The translations under genes were made by a program, and so were the position numbers. Below are positions 9,182 to 19,003 of a stretch of 64,000 bases of DNA, in pieces. The stretch is from Gemmatimonadota bacterium (GTDB lineage Bacteria; Gemmatimonadota; Gemmatimonadetes; Gemmatimonadales; Gemmatimonadaceae). How positions within the stretch are numbered: position 1 is the first letter of the stretch; each line of letters starts with the position of its first letter. The DNA lies in assembly GCA_040389905.1 (NCBI GenBank), contig JAZJZK010000020.1, positions 32,001 to 96,000 of the forward strand, given 5' to 3'. The notes beneath the pieces were generated by a model that was not told the DNA's origin, did not search any database, and worked only from the letters and a program-made list of their open reading frames with translations.

Positions 9182-9964
9182 GTGCAGAAAATCCGAATCA
9201 TCGCCCTGTTGCTCGCCGTCGCCGGCAGCGCATCGGCGCAGCAGACCAATCAGCCCATCAACCAGCTCACCGCCGAAGAGAAGGCCGGGGGCTGGCGCCT
9301 GCTGTTCGACGGCAAGTCGTTCGCCGGATGGCGAGGGCTGGGATACGACACCGTGCCGACCAACCATTGGGAGATCGACAACGGCACGATCCACGTGATG
9401 GGGCGGGCGCAGGTCAAGAAGGGCGCCGACGGCCGCGCGCTCCCTGGCGGCGATTTGCTGACGCTCAGCACGTTCAAGGACTTCGAACTTGCGTTCGAGT
9501 GGAAGGTGCCGCCGGCGTCGAACAGTGGGGTCAAGTACAACGTCGACGAGAAGATGTCGATGGGCTCACCCACGCTGTCGAGCGCGACGGTCGTCAGTCA
9601 CTCGGCACTGGGCTTCGAGTATCAGGTGCTCGATGACTCCCTCCATTCCGACGGCAAACTTCCCATACATCGCGCGGGAGCGCTGTATGAGCTCATCCCG
9701 CCCAACGCAGACAAGAAGCTGATGCCCGTCGGCGAGTGGAACCGGTCGCGCATCGTGTTTCGTGGCAACCACGGGGAGCACTGGCTGAACGGCAAGATGG
9801 TCGTCACCTATGAAATGGCGACGCCGGTATTCGATTCATTGATCGCGAAGAGCAAATACCATGTGATTCCCGGATTTGCGAATCGGCGTACGGGACCGAT
9901 TATCCTCCAGGATCACAATGAGGAAGCGTGGTTTCGGAGTATTCGCATTCGCGAGATCAAGTAG
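9182..9964 (+). CDS. DUF1080 family (3-keto-disaccharide hydrolase-like) exported protein
   Basis: Signal peptide; GWRLLFDGKSF.GW, DFELAFEWK, NSGV, EYQVLD, GEWN, HWLNG, GPIILQDH. Confidence 0.9.
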   Translation: MQKIRIIALLLAVAGSASAQQTNQPINQLTAEEKAGGWRLLFDGKSFAGWRGLGYDTVPTNHWEIDNGTIHVMGRAQVKKGADGRALPGGDLLTLSTFKDFELAFEWKVPPASNSGVKYNVDEKMSMGSPTLSSATVVSHSALGFEYQVLDDSLHSDGKLPIHRAGALYELIPPNADKKLMPVGEWNRSRIVFRGNHGEHWLNGKMVVTYEMATPVFDSLIAKSKYHVIPGFANRRTGPIILQDHNEEAWFRSIRIREIK

Positions 9965-11293
9965 ATGACCGACCTCGACCGTCGTGCGTTCGTGACAAAG
10001 AGTACCGCTGCGGGACTCGGGTTAGCCGTCACGAACGCCCTGCCCCGCTCCCTGCGGAACTACCGGTCGCCGGCGGAGAAAGTCGTCGTGGCGGTAATCG
10101 GGTTGAACGGTCGCGGGATGGTGCACGCGCAGAACTTTGCCAAGCTCGCGAATTCAGAGGTCGCATACCTGTGCGACGTCGACAGCACGGTGCTCGCGAA
10201 GGCGATGGCCGCGAGCGCCAGGAACGGCGCGAAGCAGCCCAAGGGCATCGAGGATTTCCGCCGAGCGCTCGACGACAAAAGCGTCGATGCCGTGTCCATC
10301 GCGACGCCGGATCACTGGCATGCGCCGATGGCCATTCTTGCGTTGAAGGCAGGCAAGCACGTCTATCTCGAGAAGCCGTGCGGACACAATCCACGCGAAG
10401 GCGAGTTGCTCGTCGAAGCGACGAAGAAGTACGGGAAGCATGTCCAGCAGGGCTCGCAGCAGCGTTCGTCTCCACGCACGATCGAAGCGCTGCAGATGAT
10501 TCGCGAAGGCGCGATCGGCAAACCGTACATGGTGCGCGCATGGTATGCGAACACGCGGGGGAGCATTGGACGCGGCAAGGCGGCACAGGCACCGTCGAAC
10601 CTCAACTATGACCTGTGGCAGGGGCCGGCGCCGCGCGTGCCATACCGCGACAACGTCATTCACTACAACTGGCACTGGTTCCGCCGCTGGGGCACCGGTG
10701 AGATCTGCAACAACGGCACGCACGAGATCGACATTGCGCGGCTCGCGCTTGGTGTCGACTATCCGCAGAGCGTGACGTCGAGCGGCGGCCGCTATCACTT
10801 CGAGGACGACTGGGAGTTTCCCGACACGCAGGAAGTGACGTACGATTTCAGCGGCGGCAAGACGATCATCTGGCAGGGACAGAGCTGCAACGGCCTCAAG
10901 CTGTTCGATCGCGCGCGCGGTACTGCGATTTACGGAACATCGGGTTCGATCATTCTCGACCGCGATGGCTACGTCCATTACGATGTGGCTCAGAAAGTCA
11001 TCAAGCAGAACATCGAGGGGCAGCGCGGCAACGCCGTCGAGCTCACCGGCGACGACGCCGCCACGACGATCCACATGGAGAACCTGCTTTCTGCCATTCG
11101 CACTGGTGCGACGCTGGCCGCGCCGATTAGCGATGCCGCGAAGAGCGTGCACCTCTGCCACCTCGGCAACGTGGCGCAGTTTACGGGCAGGAAGGTTTTC
11201 GTGGATTCGGAAACAGGTAAGCCGGCCGGTGATGCGATGCTCGAGAAGTACTGGTGGCGAGGGTACGCACCGGGCTGGGAGCCTTCCCTCTGA
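9965..11293 (+). CDS. Gfo/Idh/MocA oxidoreductase, Tat-exported
   Basis: DRRAFV twin-arginine; IGLNGRG, IATPDHWH, GKHVYLEKP, YDLWQGPAP, NWHW; abuts the DUF1080 gene. Confidence 0.92.
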   Translation: MTDLDRRAFVTKSTAAGLGLAVTNALPRSLRNYRSPAEKVVVAVIGLNGRGMVHAQNFAKLANSEVAYLCDVDSTVLAKAMAASARNGAKQPKGIEDFRRALDDKSVDAVSIATPDHWHAPMAILALKAGKHVYLEKPCGHNPREGELLVEATKKYGKHVQQGSQQRSSPRTIEALQMIREGAIGKPYMVRAWYANTRGSIGRGKAAQAPSNLNYDLWQGPAPRVPYRDNVIHYNWHWFRRWGTGEICNNGTHEIDIARLALGVDYPQSVTSSGGRYHFEDDWEFPDTQEVTYDFSGGKTIIWQGQSCNGLKLFDRARGTAIYGTSGSIILDRDGYVHYDVAQKVIKQNIEGQRGNAVELTGDDAATTIHMENLLSAIRTGATLAAPISDAAKSVHLCHLGNVAQFTGRKVFVDSETGKPAGDAMLEKYWWRGYAPGWEPSL

Positions 11294-11306
11294 ACTGACG
11301 ACACGA

Positions 11307-11387
11307 GTACTTCGTACAACCACTTACGTACGAAGTACCCGGAACTGTGTACCCGGACTGGCATCCAACCCAAGAAGAGCCATCGAA
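11307..11387. repeat. Solo arm of the 39009-39203 palindromic element plus small GTAC hairpin
   Basis: acgtacgaagtacccggaactgtgtacccggactggcatccaacccaagaagagccatcgaa closely matches the reverse complement of 39142-39203. Confidence 0.8.
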
Positions 11388-11405
11388 CCTTCTTCGTCGC
11401 ACCTC

Positions 11406-12725
11406 TTGATCGCGAAGCGATACGAAATTATCCGCCCAATCGGCCAGGGATCGTTCGGGCGGACATTCCTCGGGCGCGACCGCGAGGCGAATCGCGACGT
11501 CGCACTCAAGATTCTCGACAAGCGTGCGGACGTCGATCTCAAGTCCCTCGAACTCTTCGAGCGCGAAGCGGCCGTGCTGCGCTCGACTCGGCACCACGGC
11601 ATTCCGGAGGTGTTCGACCTCCTGCGCGATGAATGGGAAGGAGTGCCCGCGTCGATTCTCGTCATGGAATACGTCGAGGGCGAATCGCTGGCCGCGATGA
11701 TCGACGCGAACCGGCAGCACGATCCCGCGGAGGTGATGCATCTCTTTCTCGAGATGCTGGGAATCCTCGAGTACCTGCACGGCCGAGTGCCGCCCGTGGT
11801 GCATCGCGACATCAAGCCGTCGAACATCATTGTGCGCCCGAACGGGCAACCGGCGCTCGTGGATTTCGGATCGGTGCGGCGCGTATTTCTCGAGGCCGAC
11901 GAAGCGGGATCGACGATCGTCGGGACGTATGGCTACATGCCGTACGAGCAGTACATGGGTCAGGCCACTCCCTCGAGCGACCTCTACTCGCTCGCCGCCA
12001 CGTTTCTGCAACTGCTGACCGGACGGCCGCCGCGCGAGTTCATGAGTGGTGAGGGCCGGATACAGATCCCCGAGAATCTGCCGGGCGATCCGCGACTCGG
12101 CCCCATCCTCGTCAAGCTCCTCAAGCCATCGCCGGCGGAACGATATGCGAGCGCGCGCGACGTGCGTCAGGCGTTGCTCGCGCCAGCCTCGCCGACACTA
12201 ACGGGCTCGTCGAACGTCTTGCGGTCATCGTCGCGCGTCGCGATGCGCAGCGCGGTCGATCTCTCGTCGCTCGGCCCTGTGCCGCGCCCGATGGACAAGA
12301 CCAACCGCGCGCTCCTCGACCGCTTGTCGCCGTCCGCGCTGGAATTGATGGATGCGGATGCGAAGCCAGGGGACGAACCTGGTCTCATGGATTGGCTGAC
12401 GGTCGCGTTTTTCTCGGTGCTCACCGTCGGCATCCTGCCGGTGGTGTTTTCGAGCATGGCGCGCGCGCGGCGCCGCCGCATGCGCCGGTTCCTGCGCGAA
12501 GGGTTTCCTGTCGTTGGCGACATCCTGAACATCGAACAGGAATCGATTGCGTTCGAAGGGAAGATCTCGAAGGTGGCGTATCAGTTCGAAGCGGACGGTG
12601 AGGTCCATCGCGATGTGGACAAGATCCTTCCGGTCATTGCGAATCGCTGGCAACCTGGGGACCGCATCCAGGTGCTCTACATCGCGGAACTGGGGTACGA
12701 CAGCGTGATCGTCGCTGCGCGGTAG
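11406..12725 (+). CDS. Hanks-type Ser/Thr protein kinase with TM helix and C-terminal beta domain
   Basis: GQGSFG, VALK, HRDIKPSN, DFG, GTYGYMPYE, DLYSL. Start uncertain (TTG 11406). Confidence 0.88.
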   Translation: MIAKRYEIIRPIGQGSFGRTFLGRDREANRDVALKILDKRADVDLKSLELFEREAAVLRSTRHHGIPEVFDLLRDEWEGVPASILVMEYVEGESLAAMIDANRQHDPAEVMHLFLEMLGILEYLHGRVPPVVHRDIKPSNIIVRPNGQPALVDFGSVRRVFLEADEAGSTIVGTYGYMPYEQYMGQATPSSDLYSLAATFLQLLTGRPPREFMSGEGRIQIPENLPGDPRLGPILVKLLKPSPAERYASARDVRQALLAPASPTLTGSSNVLRSSSRVAMRSAVDLSSLGPVPRPMDKTNRALLDRLSPSALELMDADAKPGDEPGLMDWLTVAFFSVLTVGILPVVFSSMARARRRRMRRFLREGFPVVGDILNIEQESIAFEGKISKVAYQFEADGEVHRDVDKILPVIANRWQPGDRIQVLYIAELGYDSVIVAAR

Positions 12726-12743
12726 GCAGTGTGGGCGGCGCAT

Positions 12744-12787
12744 GGCCTTTGCGTCCTCTGCGGTAAAGCCTTTGCTTTGCTGCAGTT
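12744..12787. repeat. Single arm of the CCTCTGCG repeat family between convergent genes
   Basis: cctttgcgtcctctgcggtaaagcc...gcagtt resembles 30730-30761. Confidence 0.5.
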
Positions 12788-12834
12788 CGTAACTGAACAG
12801 CATTGCGTCTAAGCCACACAGACTCAGTCTGGGC

Positions 12835-14046
12835 CTAGACAGGCCGCCCGTACGTCAGTCTTCGCCATACCCACTCGACTGGCCCGAAACGGAATCGCGA
12901 CAACCATAAGGCACTGAGCGGAATCTGAATCGCGATGATCGTCGCCGCGATGGCCATGGCCGTCGATGCGCCAACGTGCCACCAGAGGCCAAAGCCGAAA
13001 CCATACGACAACACCACGCAGACGACCGAATGCGTCAGGTAGTTCGTCAGCGCCATGCGGCCAAGTGGCGCGAATATCGAGACTAGGCGGACGCCATGCA
13101 CGAGAAGCAGTGAGATCGATGCGGCGTATCCGATGGCGAGCATCGGAACGCCGACACCCTGCATTGCAACACCAAGGAGTGCGCCGACGGATGGCGGAAA
13201 ATAGGGATGCTTTTCCAGGGCCCAGACGGCGATCGCGTTCGCGGGCAGACCCACCACCAATCCGAGAAGGCTCCACCGCAACAGTGTAGCGCGATGGCTC
13301 GCGGGTGAGAGTGCAATGCCGGTACGCACGGTCCACAGACCGAGCACGAACATGCCAAGTACTTTAGGGAAACGCACTGTCACGAAGAGATCGGCCCAGC
13401 GGGCGCCGAGAAAGACCAGGTTGCCAACGAGCGCGTCTTTCAGGCCTCCCGAGCCAATGGCTTCGAAGTAGGCGAGCATCGGGGCCGGCATGCCAGAGCC
13501 ACCCGAAGCCGCCGCTGGTTCCACGCCGACGGCCAACCAGATCCCCAACGCAACGAGATACAGCACGGTGGGAATTGCGAGGAGGATCAACGTCCACCGC
13601 AGCAGCTCGCGGTCGGTCTTTCGCGCAAACCACGGCAGCGTAAAGCCGAGCAGCGCGTACAGCATCAGGATGTCGCCGGCCCAGATGAACACGGCGTGGA
13701 TTGCGCCAATCCCGAGGAGAATGCGCAGACGTCGCTTGAATCTCGGCAGCGCCGGCTCACCGCCGCGAGCGAGCTGTAATCCGAAGCCGATGCCAAAGAG
13801 CAGTGAAAAGATGGAGTAGAACTTTCCATCCACGAGCACGTGTTCGAGCATGAGCGCGATCGCATCTCGCGCGGCCGTCGGCAATGCGGCGATGCGCTCC
13901 GGCGAGGCGACGAAATGGCCGAAAAACACCAGCACGTTGGCGAAGAGGATGCCGGTAACGGCAACACCGCGCACGATGTCGAGTGCCTGGATGCGGTCGC
14001 GTGTTGGGGAGGTCGAGCTCTCGGTGGTGATCTGTGCGGCGCCCAT
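12835..14046 (-). CDS. DUF418 (YeiB-like) multipass membrane protein
   Basis: RIQALDIVRG, GKFYSIFSLLFG, WAGDIL, GRMALTNYL, GPVEWVWRRLTY. Confidence 0.9.
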   Translation of the reverse strand: MGAAQITTESSTSPTRDRIQALDIVRGVAVTGILFANVLVFFGHFVASPERIAALPTAARDAIALMLEHVLVDGKFYSIFSLLFGIGFGLQLARGGEPALPRFKRRLRILLGIGAIHAVFIWAGDILMLYALLGFTLPWFARKTDRELLRWTLILLAIPTVLYLVALGIWLAVGVEPAAASGGSGMPAPMLAYFEAIGSGGLKDALVGNLVFLGARWADLFVTVRFPKVLGMFVLGLWTVRTGIALSPASHRATLLRWSLLGLVVGLPANAIAVWALEKHPYFPPSVGALLGVAMQGVGVPMLAIGYAASISLLLVHGVRLVSIFAPLGRMALTNYLTHSVVCVVLSYGFGFGLWWHVGASTAMAIAATIIAIQIPLSALWLSRFRFGPVEWVWRRLTYGRPV

Positions 14047-14094
14047 GCGCGCTCCGGTTGGTCCTATTGGGTTCCCATACGGAGCGTCACGCCG

Positions 14095-14658
14095 TCAGGT
14101 TTCGGCCGCTAGAGCTCCCTGCACCGGCGCCGGCAGTCCGTCGATGCTCGTGGCGTTCCGCTCCCGCCAATAACGTGGCAAATCATCTCCTTTGGCTTCC
14201 GCCCATCGAATCAGGCTGTCGCGCTGCTTTACGAAGTTCATGACGGGCACGGCAAATCCGCACGATGTCTGCACACGCGAGACTTCGGCGACGATGATCT
14301 GGCGTGATCCTGGGTAGACGGGAAACTGCTGACTGAGCTCCGCCCACTCGCGCGTATCCGGGATCACCACGTGCCCCGTTCCATACAGCCGCAGAATCTG
14401 CGGCGCGCCGGAAAAGGCGCAAAACATCAGCGTGATGCGGCCGTTCTCGCTCAGGTGCGCCGACGTCTCGTTACCGCTGCCCGTCAGGTCGAGATACGCC
14501 ACGCGATTGGGCGACAGCACGCGGAGACAGTCCAAACCCTTTGGCGACAGGTTGACGTGCCCATCGCCGGAGAGGGGCGCCGAGGCGACGAAGAAGATCG
14601 GCTGCGCCTCGATGAAGCGCTTGAGTGCGGGAGTGATGGATTCTACGACTTTGCCCAT
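14095..14658 (-). CDS. Pyridoxamine 5'-phosphate oxidase-like FMN-binding protein
   Basis: FFVASAP, VNLSPKG, YLDLTGSGNET, QTSCGFAVP, SIDGLP; TAATG overlap with the upstream gene. Confidence 0.88.
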   Translation of the reverse strand: MGKVVESITPALKRFIEAQPIFFVASAPLSGDGHVNLSPKGLDCLRVLSPNRVAYLDLTGSGNETSAHLSENGRITLMFCAFSGAPQILRLYGTGHVVIPDTREWAELSQQFPVYPGSRQIIVAEVSRVQTSCGFAVPVMNFVKQRDSLIRWAEAKGDDLPRYWRERNATSIDGLPAPVQGALAAET

Positions 14659-15410
14659 TAGACTGGCTCCGGACCCGAGTCCCATTCGAAGAAGCCCCTC
14701 ACCTCGATCGTGCGATCGCCGATGCGGTACGCCAGCGCGAGACGCTCCTCAGGTGAGGCTGCGCGTGCGAATTGAATCGCGAGATCACCGAGCGATGGTT
14801 CCAGCGCGGAAATCTCGCTGACGAGCGCCTTGGTGCGCGGGACGGGGTGCCCGTGCACGCGCAGCCAGAATTCGAGCATCTGCGTGACCGCACGCGCGAG
14901 TATGAGCGCGGCGACCGTACTGTCCACGTCCGTGACGTCGGCGCCATCCTCGAGCAGCGTAGCCGCGACGTAGCGCGCACGCTGGACATCGTCTGCCGAG
15001 AGCAGTTCGGGCTGCGCGAGCCATTCGCGACTTTCGGCACGCAACGTCTCGATCACGGGATCGCGATCGAGCATGACGAAACCCGTTGCCACCATGTGTG
15101 CCGTGACGCGGCGTCCCCCGCGCTGTTCGCTTGCGAAGTAGGACCGAACGGTGTGCGGAGGGTTGATGAAGATCTCCGTCGGAACGTCGCAGAAGAATCG
15201 CTGCACGCGGCGCCGATGCGGCGCGGCGTGCACGACCCAGAGATCGATGTCGCTCGCGGGGTGCGCGTGCCCGCGAATAATGGTGCCTGTGGCGATGATC
15301 CCGAGGGGTGTCGTCTCACCGAGGACAAATGACACGGCCGCCCGAAGTGCCGAGGCATAGGGCTCTCCGAGTGGAGGCCATTGGCAGTGCGCGAGTGCTC
15401 GGTCGTCCAC
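14658..15410 (-). CDS. Nucleotidyltransferase-domain protein (Pol-beta superfamily) with C-terminal helical domain
   Basis: GTIIRG...SDIDLWVV motif, EIFINP. Confidence 0.78.
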   Translation of the reverse strand: MDDRALAHCQWPPLGEPYASALRAAVSFVLGETTPLGIIATGTIIRGHAHPASDIDLWVVHAAPHRRRVQRFFCDVPTEIFINPPHTVRSYFASEQRGGRRVTAHMVATGFVMLDRDPVIETLRAESREWLAQPELLSADDVQRARYVAATLLEDGADVTDVDSTVAALILARAVTQMLEFWLRVHGHPVPRTKALVSEISALEPSLGDLAIQFARAASPEERLALAYRIGDRTIEVRGFFEWDSGPEPV

Positions 15411-15580
15411 TGAGTCGGCGTGCTCCGCGCCTATTGCGACGGCGGTTCGAATACGGTGACCGCCGCAGCGCCCCTCTCACAGGCAACGGGCAGCAGGAGT
15501 GTGGACAATCGCATCACGTGCTTCATGCTGTAATCTACCTACCGAGTGGTGCACCGGAAACGGTGAAGAGAATCCTGGGT

Positions 15581-15729
15581 GAGCTACCAGCGAGAGCGTG
15601 AGCATGCGCGTGAGCCTCGAGCAATGAGCTCTTCAGAGCTTGAGCGTTTAGCTCAGAGCTCGAGCTTCGAGCTCTTGATTGCTCAATGCTGTAAGCTCAC
15701 GCTCCCACTCACGCTCGGGCTGGTAGCTC
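15581..15729. repeat. Imperfect inverted repeat of GAGC/GCTC units
   Basis: GAGCTACCAGC...GCTGGTAGCTC termini; internal gagcgtgag/ctcacgctc pairing. Confidence 0.75.
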
Positions 15730-15815
15730 CGACTCGAGCTCAGGCTCCAAGCTCGTTTTGCGCCCGCCTTGCGATACTAAAGCGCCAGCCCCCTCGACTT
15801 CGCTCAGGAGGCCAT

Positions 15816-16199
15816 TCATGGCGACGTGACTTTTCGCGCATCGACTGGAGCGCTCGAAGGCGCGCGACTCCGTGCCTCGATGGTGACCATCCCCGTGTCT
15901 CGACGAATCGTGACGTACCGTCCGTCCGCGCTCGCGACGAGGCGGCCATTTTCGCGAGCTTCAACGTGGACACTGGCGGTCGTGTCTAAAGCGGTGACCT
16001 GCATCGATCCCACTGTGCCGGAATCCGACATGATCTCCCATTTCAACCGGCCGATCATCGAGTGCGACGGCGAGTCGCCAGTTCGCGTAACGTAGAAGGA
16101 CGCATTGTTCGGCGCCGTGATGGTGATGTGCAACGGTTGTGACTGAGCGGCCAAGCCGGAAACAGGTACCGCGAGAGACAACAGAAGGCGTCGAAGCAT
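15816..16199 (-). CDS. Small exported hypothetical protein
   Basis: MLRRLLLSLAVPVSGLAAQ signal peptide; beta-rich mature region. Confidence 0.65.
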   Translation of the reverse strand: MLRRLLLSLAVPVSGLAAQSQPLHITITAPNNASFYVTRTGDSPSHSMIGRLKWEIMSDSGTVGSMQVTALDTTASVHVEARENGRLVASADGRYVTIRRDTGMVTIEARSRAPSSAPVDARKVTSP

Positions 16200-16318
16200 G
16201 GTGGGCTTCCTTGTCGAGAGAAGTGCAACAACACGCGAGTTGCGCACGGATAACCCCTCGCCCAGTGATTGTTCCGCCCTCCGCGGTGAGTGTCGCTGGG
16301 CACAAGCCTGCAACGCAG

Positions 16319-16732
16319 TTAACCGCCGCGCCGAACCCGCGCGAAGACAGTGGCGGTGATGAGCGCGACGACGAACGCCGGCATGCCGACCAACAATGGC
16401 CACACTAGCAGTTGCATGATTGGAAAGCTGCCATGGACTTCTCGCGCGTGAAACGACGCCGCTGCTGCCAGGCCGAAGCCACCGAGTGCAGCCGCGAGAG
16501 CGGCGTGAAACGCGGTCGTCGAGAGCCGGCTTCGGAGACGAACGTGCTCGTAGCCAATGTGCGCCGCGAAGGCGACGGCACTGAGCGCCCACGCCGCAAG
16601 TCGCCATGCAACACGCGTCTGGTTTGACGCTGCGGATCCAGCGAGTGATCCGAAGATCAAGCCTGCGCCGAGGTATAGCACGCCGACGGCGAGCACCGCG
16701 CCGATCCATCGCAGCGTTCTCGGACTCGACAC
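16319..16732 (-). CDS. Hypothetical membrane protein (~4 TM)
   Basis: GAGG RBS before GTG 16732; four hydrophobic segments. Confidence 0.65.
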   Translation of the reverse strand: MSSPRTLRWIGAVLAVGVLYLGAGLIFGSLAGSAASNQTRVAWRLAAWALSAVAFAAHIGYEHVRLRSRLSTTAFHAALAAALGGFGLAAAASFHAREVHGSFPIMQLLVWPLLVGMPAFVVALITATVFARVRRGG

Positions 16733-16745
16733 CGGCGCTGCCACC

Positions 16746-17039
16746 TCAGAAGCCGAGCAGGAAGACGGGCGCGGCCGCAGCGAGGCCGGCGGCCAGATGA
16801 AGGGCAAGCATCATCAGGGTCTCCTTCGGCGCGCGTGGGAACCACTTGATCGCGAAATATGAAATCACGAAGAACTGCGCGGCCATCAGCAGTTGCCAGA
16901 TGTGCGCCGCGGCGCCCTCGTCCGCTTGCGGTTGGGTACCGAAGCGTGCGACGTGCAGCCCGACGGTGGCCAGCGCGGCAAGCGACATGATGAGCGGCGC
17001 GAGCGCGCTCGGTTGGCGAATCATCTTCGAGAAGCCCAT
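16746..17039 (-). CDS. Small hypothetical membrane protein (~3 TM)
   Basis: AGGAG RBS; DEGAAAHIWQLLM motif; hydrophobic segments. Confidence 0.7.
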   Translation of the reverse strand: MGFSKMIRQPSALAPLIMSLAALATVGLHVARFGTQPQADEGAAAHIWQLLMAAQFFVISYFAIKWFPRAPKETLMMLALHLAAGLAAAAPVFLLGF

Positions 17040-17196
17040 CGGTGGTCTCCTGAGTGGCTGAACAGCGGTCCCAAAGGGAGAGTAAAGCACTTTGCCGTAG
17101 AAAGCAATCCCGACCCCTGCCGCCATGTTGACACGCCGGAGTCCACTCCGGATGCTTCCTCCTCCAACGAAACTCGTCCCCAGCTGAGGATGCGCT

Positions 17197-17658
17197 ATGA
17201 AGGTACGCGTGCTGATACTCGCGATGGTAAGCCTGACGGCAATGGCACCCACGGTCGCCGCGCAGGCCGGCGCTGCTCCGGCGAAAGACCCGGAGTTCCT
17301 CACCCCCTTCGGCAAGCCGGTGTACCCGTTCTCCCCAGCGGTGCGCTATGGGAACCTGCTTTATCTCTCCGGCCAGATCGGCACGGACAGCACGGGCAAG
17401 CTCGTCACCGGCGGAATCGACGCCGAGGCGCGGCAGACGATGAACAACATCCGCGACGTACTCGCCCGCGTCGGGTCATCACTCGATCGCGTCGTCAAGT
17501 GCACCGTCATGATTGCCGACATGAAGGAGTGGCCGGCATTCAACGCCATCTATGCCACCTACTTCCCGAATCATTTTCCCGCGCGAAGCGCGCTCGGTGC
17601 GAACGGCCTCGCCCTCGGTGCGCGCGTCGAGGTGGAGTGTTTGGCGGCGCCCCGCTAG
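17197..17658 (+). CDS. RidA/YjgF/UK114 family protein with N-terminal signal peptide
   Basis: FSPAV, LYLSGQIG, VVKCTV, FNAIY, FPARS, VEVE. Confidence 0.9.
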   Translation: MKVRVLILAMVSLTAMAPTVAAQAGAAPAKDPEFLTPFGKPVYPFSPAVRYGNLLYLSGQIGTDSTGKLVTGGIDAEARQTMNNIRDVLARVGSSLDRVVKCTVMIADMKEWPAFNAIYATYFPNHFPARSALGANGLALGARVEVECLAAPR

Positions 17659-17680
17659 CAGCGCGTTCGGCGCCCGGCGC

Positions 17681-19003
17681 CTACGTCATTTCGCTGAGCA
17701 CCTCGCACCACACCAGGAACGCCGAAAGCCGCAGGAGAAGTTCCCCGACGCGCGCGGCAATTCGTTCGTACGACGTGTCCGCGTGCGCGGCACGCTCTGG
17801 CACTCGGCCGAGCATCACGCCTTCGATCAGTGCGGCGACGCTCGCGTCCGCGTTCGGTGAGCAGACCACCGCTCCCAGGCGTGCCGCCTCCCGCGCGGTA
17901 GCGCCGTCCGGTTCGGTGATCACGAGCGTCCGCACGCCCAGCGCCACGCACTCGTAAAGCTTCGCAGGAATCTGAAGCGCCTGATTCTGTGCGAGCACCA
18001 GCGCGAGATGCGATCGACTGATTACGTCGAGTGCCTCATTGGTGGACACGATGCCAAGGGCGATCACGCTGTCCTGCAAGCCGAGGTTCTCGATCAGCTC
18101 CCTGAAGCGCACCGCGTGCGGGCCGTCCATGCTGCCCGCGACGCGAAGCGTGCACTGTCCGCGAAACGCAGGATATTTCTCAAAGAGCATGTGCATCGCT
18201 CGCAACACGACGCCGAAATCCCTGCCCACGTACACGGAGCCCGCATAGGCGATCGACAGCCCGGGGTACTTCTCCATCGCGGCGGGGCGGACGCGCTCGT
18301 AGTCAACGCCATTGGGGATCCACGCGACCTCCTTGTGAGGGAACCGGGCGCGAAGCGCTTCGCTGAACTCGCGCGTCGTCGCAACGAGGCAGCGCGCATT
18401 TCGGACCACGCACCGTTCCATCCAGGTGAGGAGCGCGGTGGAAGTAGGCCGAGTGTTGTCCTGCCAGATCCACGGGTCCCGCATGTCCACAACGTGCGCG
18501 ACGCGGCTTCCGATGGTGCAGGCCAGACCGGCAAGGTGCGTAGAGTGAGGTGGCCCAGTCGTCACCACCGCATCGAATCCCCGTTCGCGAAGCAGCCCTC
18601 TGGCAACCGACGCCGCGGCCACATTCCAACCTCGGCCATGATCGGGAAACGCCAACGCGCTGCCAGCAAGCTTTCGCACTGGGTTGAAGATCGCTGACCT
18701 CACACGGCTCGAAGCTGCAGTGCTGACCGCCAGTTGCGACGCGAGTGCGCGGTTGACTGGGGATGCGGAGGATCGGCGCCAGTCGGAATAGGCGTCGTTG
18801 AGGGTGCGGCGGCGGGAAACGGAATGCACGGTGATGCCGTCTTCCGGCGGCAGCGCTGCCGGCGGCGCGGCGGTCACCACGTCAACGACCCATCCCGAGC
18901 GTGCCAGGTATTTGGAGATGCCGGCCCACCGATACCCACCGACGGCGCCGTCAGGAGGAAAGTGGTACGACAGGATCAACAATCGCGGGCGAGTACCCTT
19001 CAC
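17681..19003 (-). CDS. GT4-family glycosyltransferase
   Basis: LLILSYHFPP..GG.R, TTGPPHS, DMRDPW, IPNGVD, YAGS, IPAKLYE. Start uncertain (GTG 19003 or TTG 19123). Confidence 0.82.
   Translation of the reverse strand: MKGTRPRLLILSYHFPPDGAVGGYRWAGISKYLARSGWVVDVVTAAPPAALPPEDGITVHSVSRRRTLNDAYSDWRRSSASPVNRALASQLAVSTAASSRVRSAIFNPVRKLAGSALAFPDHGRGWNVAAASVARGLLRERGFDAVVTTGPPHSTHLAGLACTIGSRVAHVVDMRDPWIWQDNTRPTSTALLTWMERCVVRNARCLVATTREFSEALRARFPHKEVAWIPNGVDYERVRPAAMEKYPGLSIAYAGSVYVGRDFGVVLRAMHMLFEKYPAFRGQCTLRVAGSMDGPHAVRFRELIENLGLQDSVIALGIVSTNEALDVISRSHLALVLAQNQALQIPAKLYECVALGVRTLVITEPDGATAREAARLGAVVCSPNADASVAALIEGVMLGRVPERAAHADTSYERIAARVGELLLRLSAFLVWCEVLSEMT

Noticed and set aside
10965..11405. Long N-terminal extension of the kinase ORF
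   Set aside because: Overlaps the Gfo/Idh/MocA gene out of frame and is not protein-like.
15431..15526. 31-aa minus-strand ORF MKHVMRLSTLLLPVAC... (micro-lipoprotein?)
   Set aside because: Short hydrophobic region and weak lipobox; cannot be supported without homologs.
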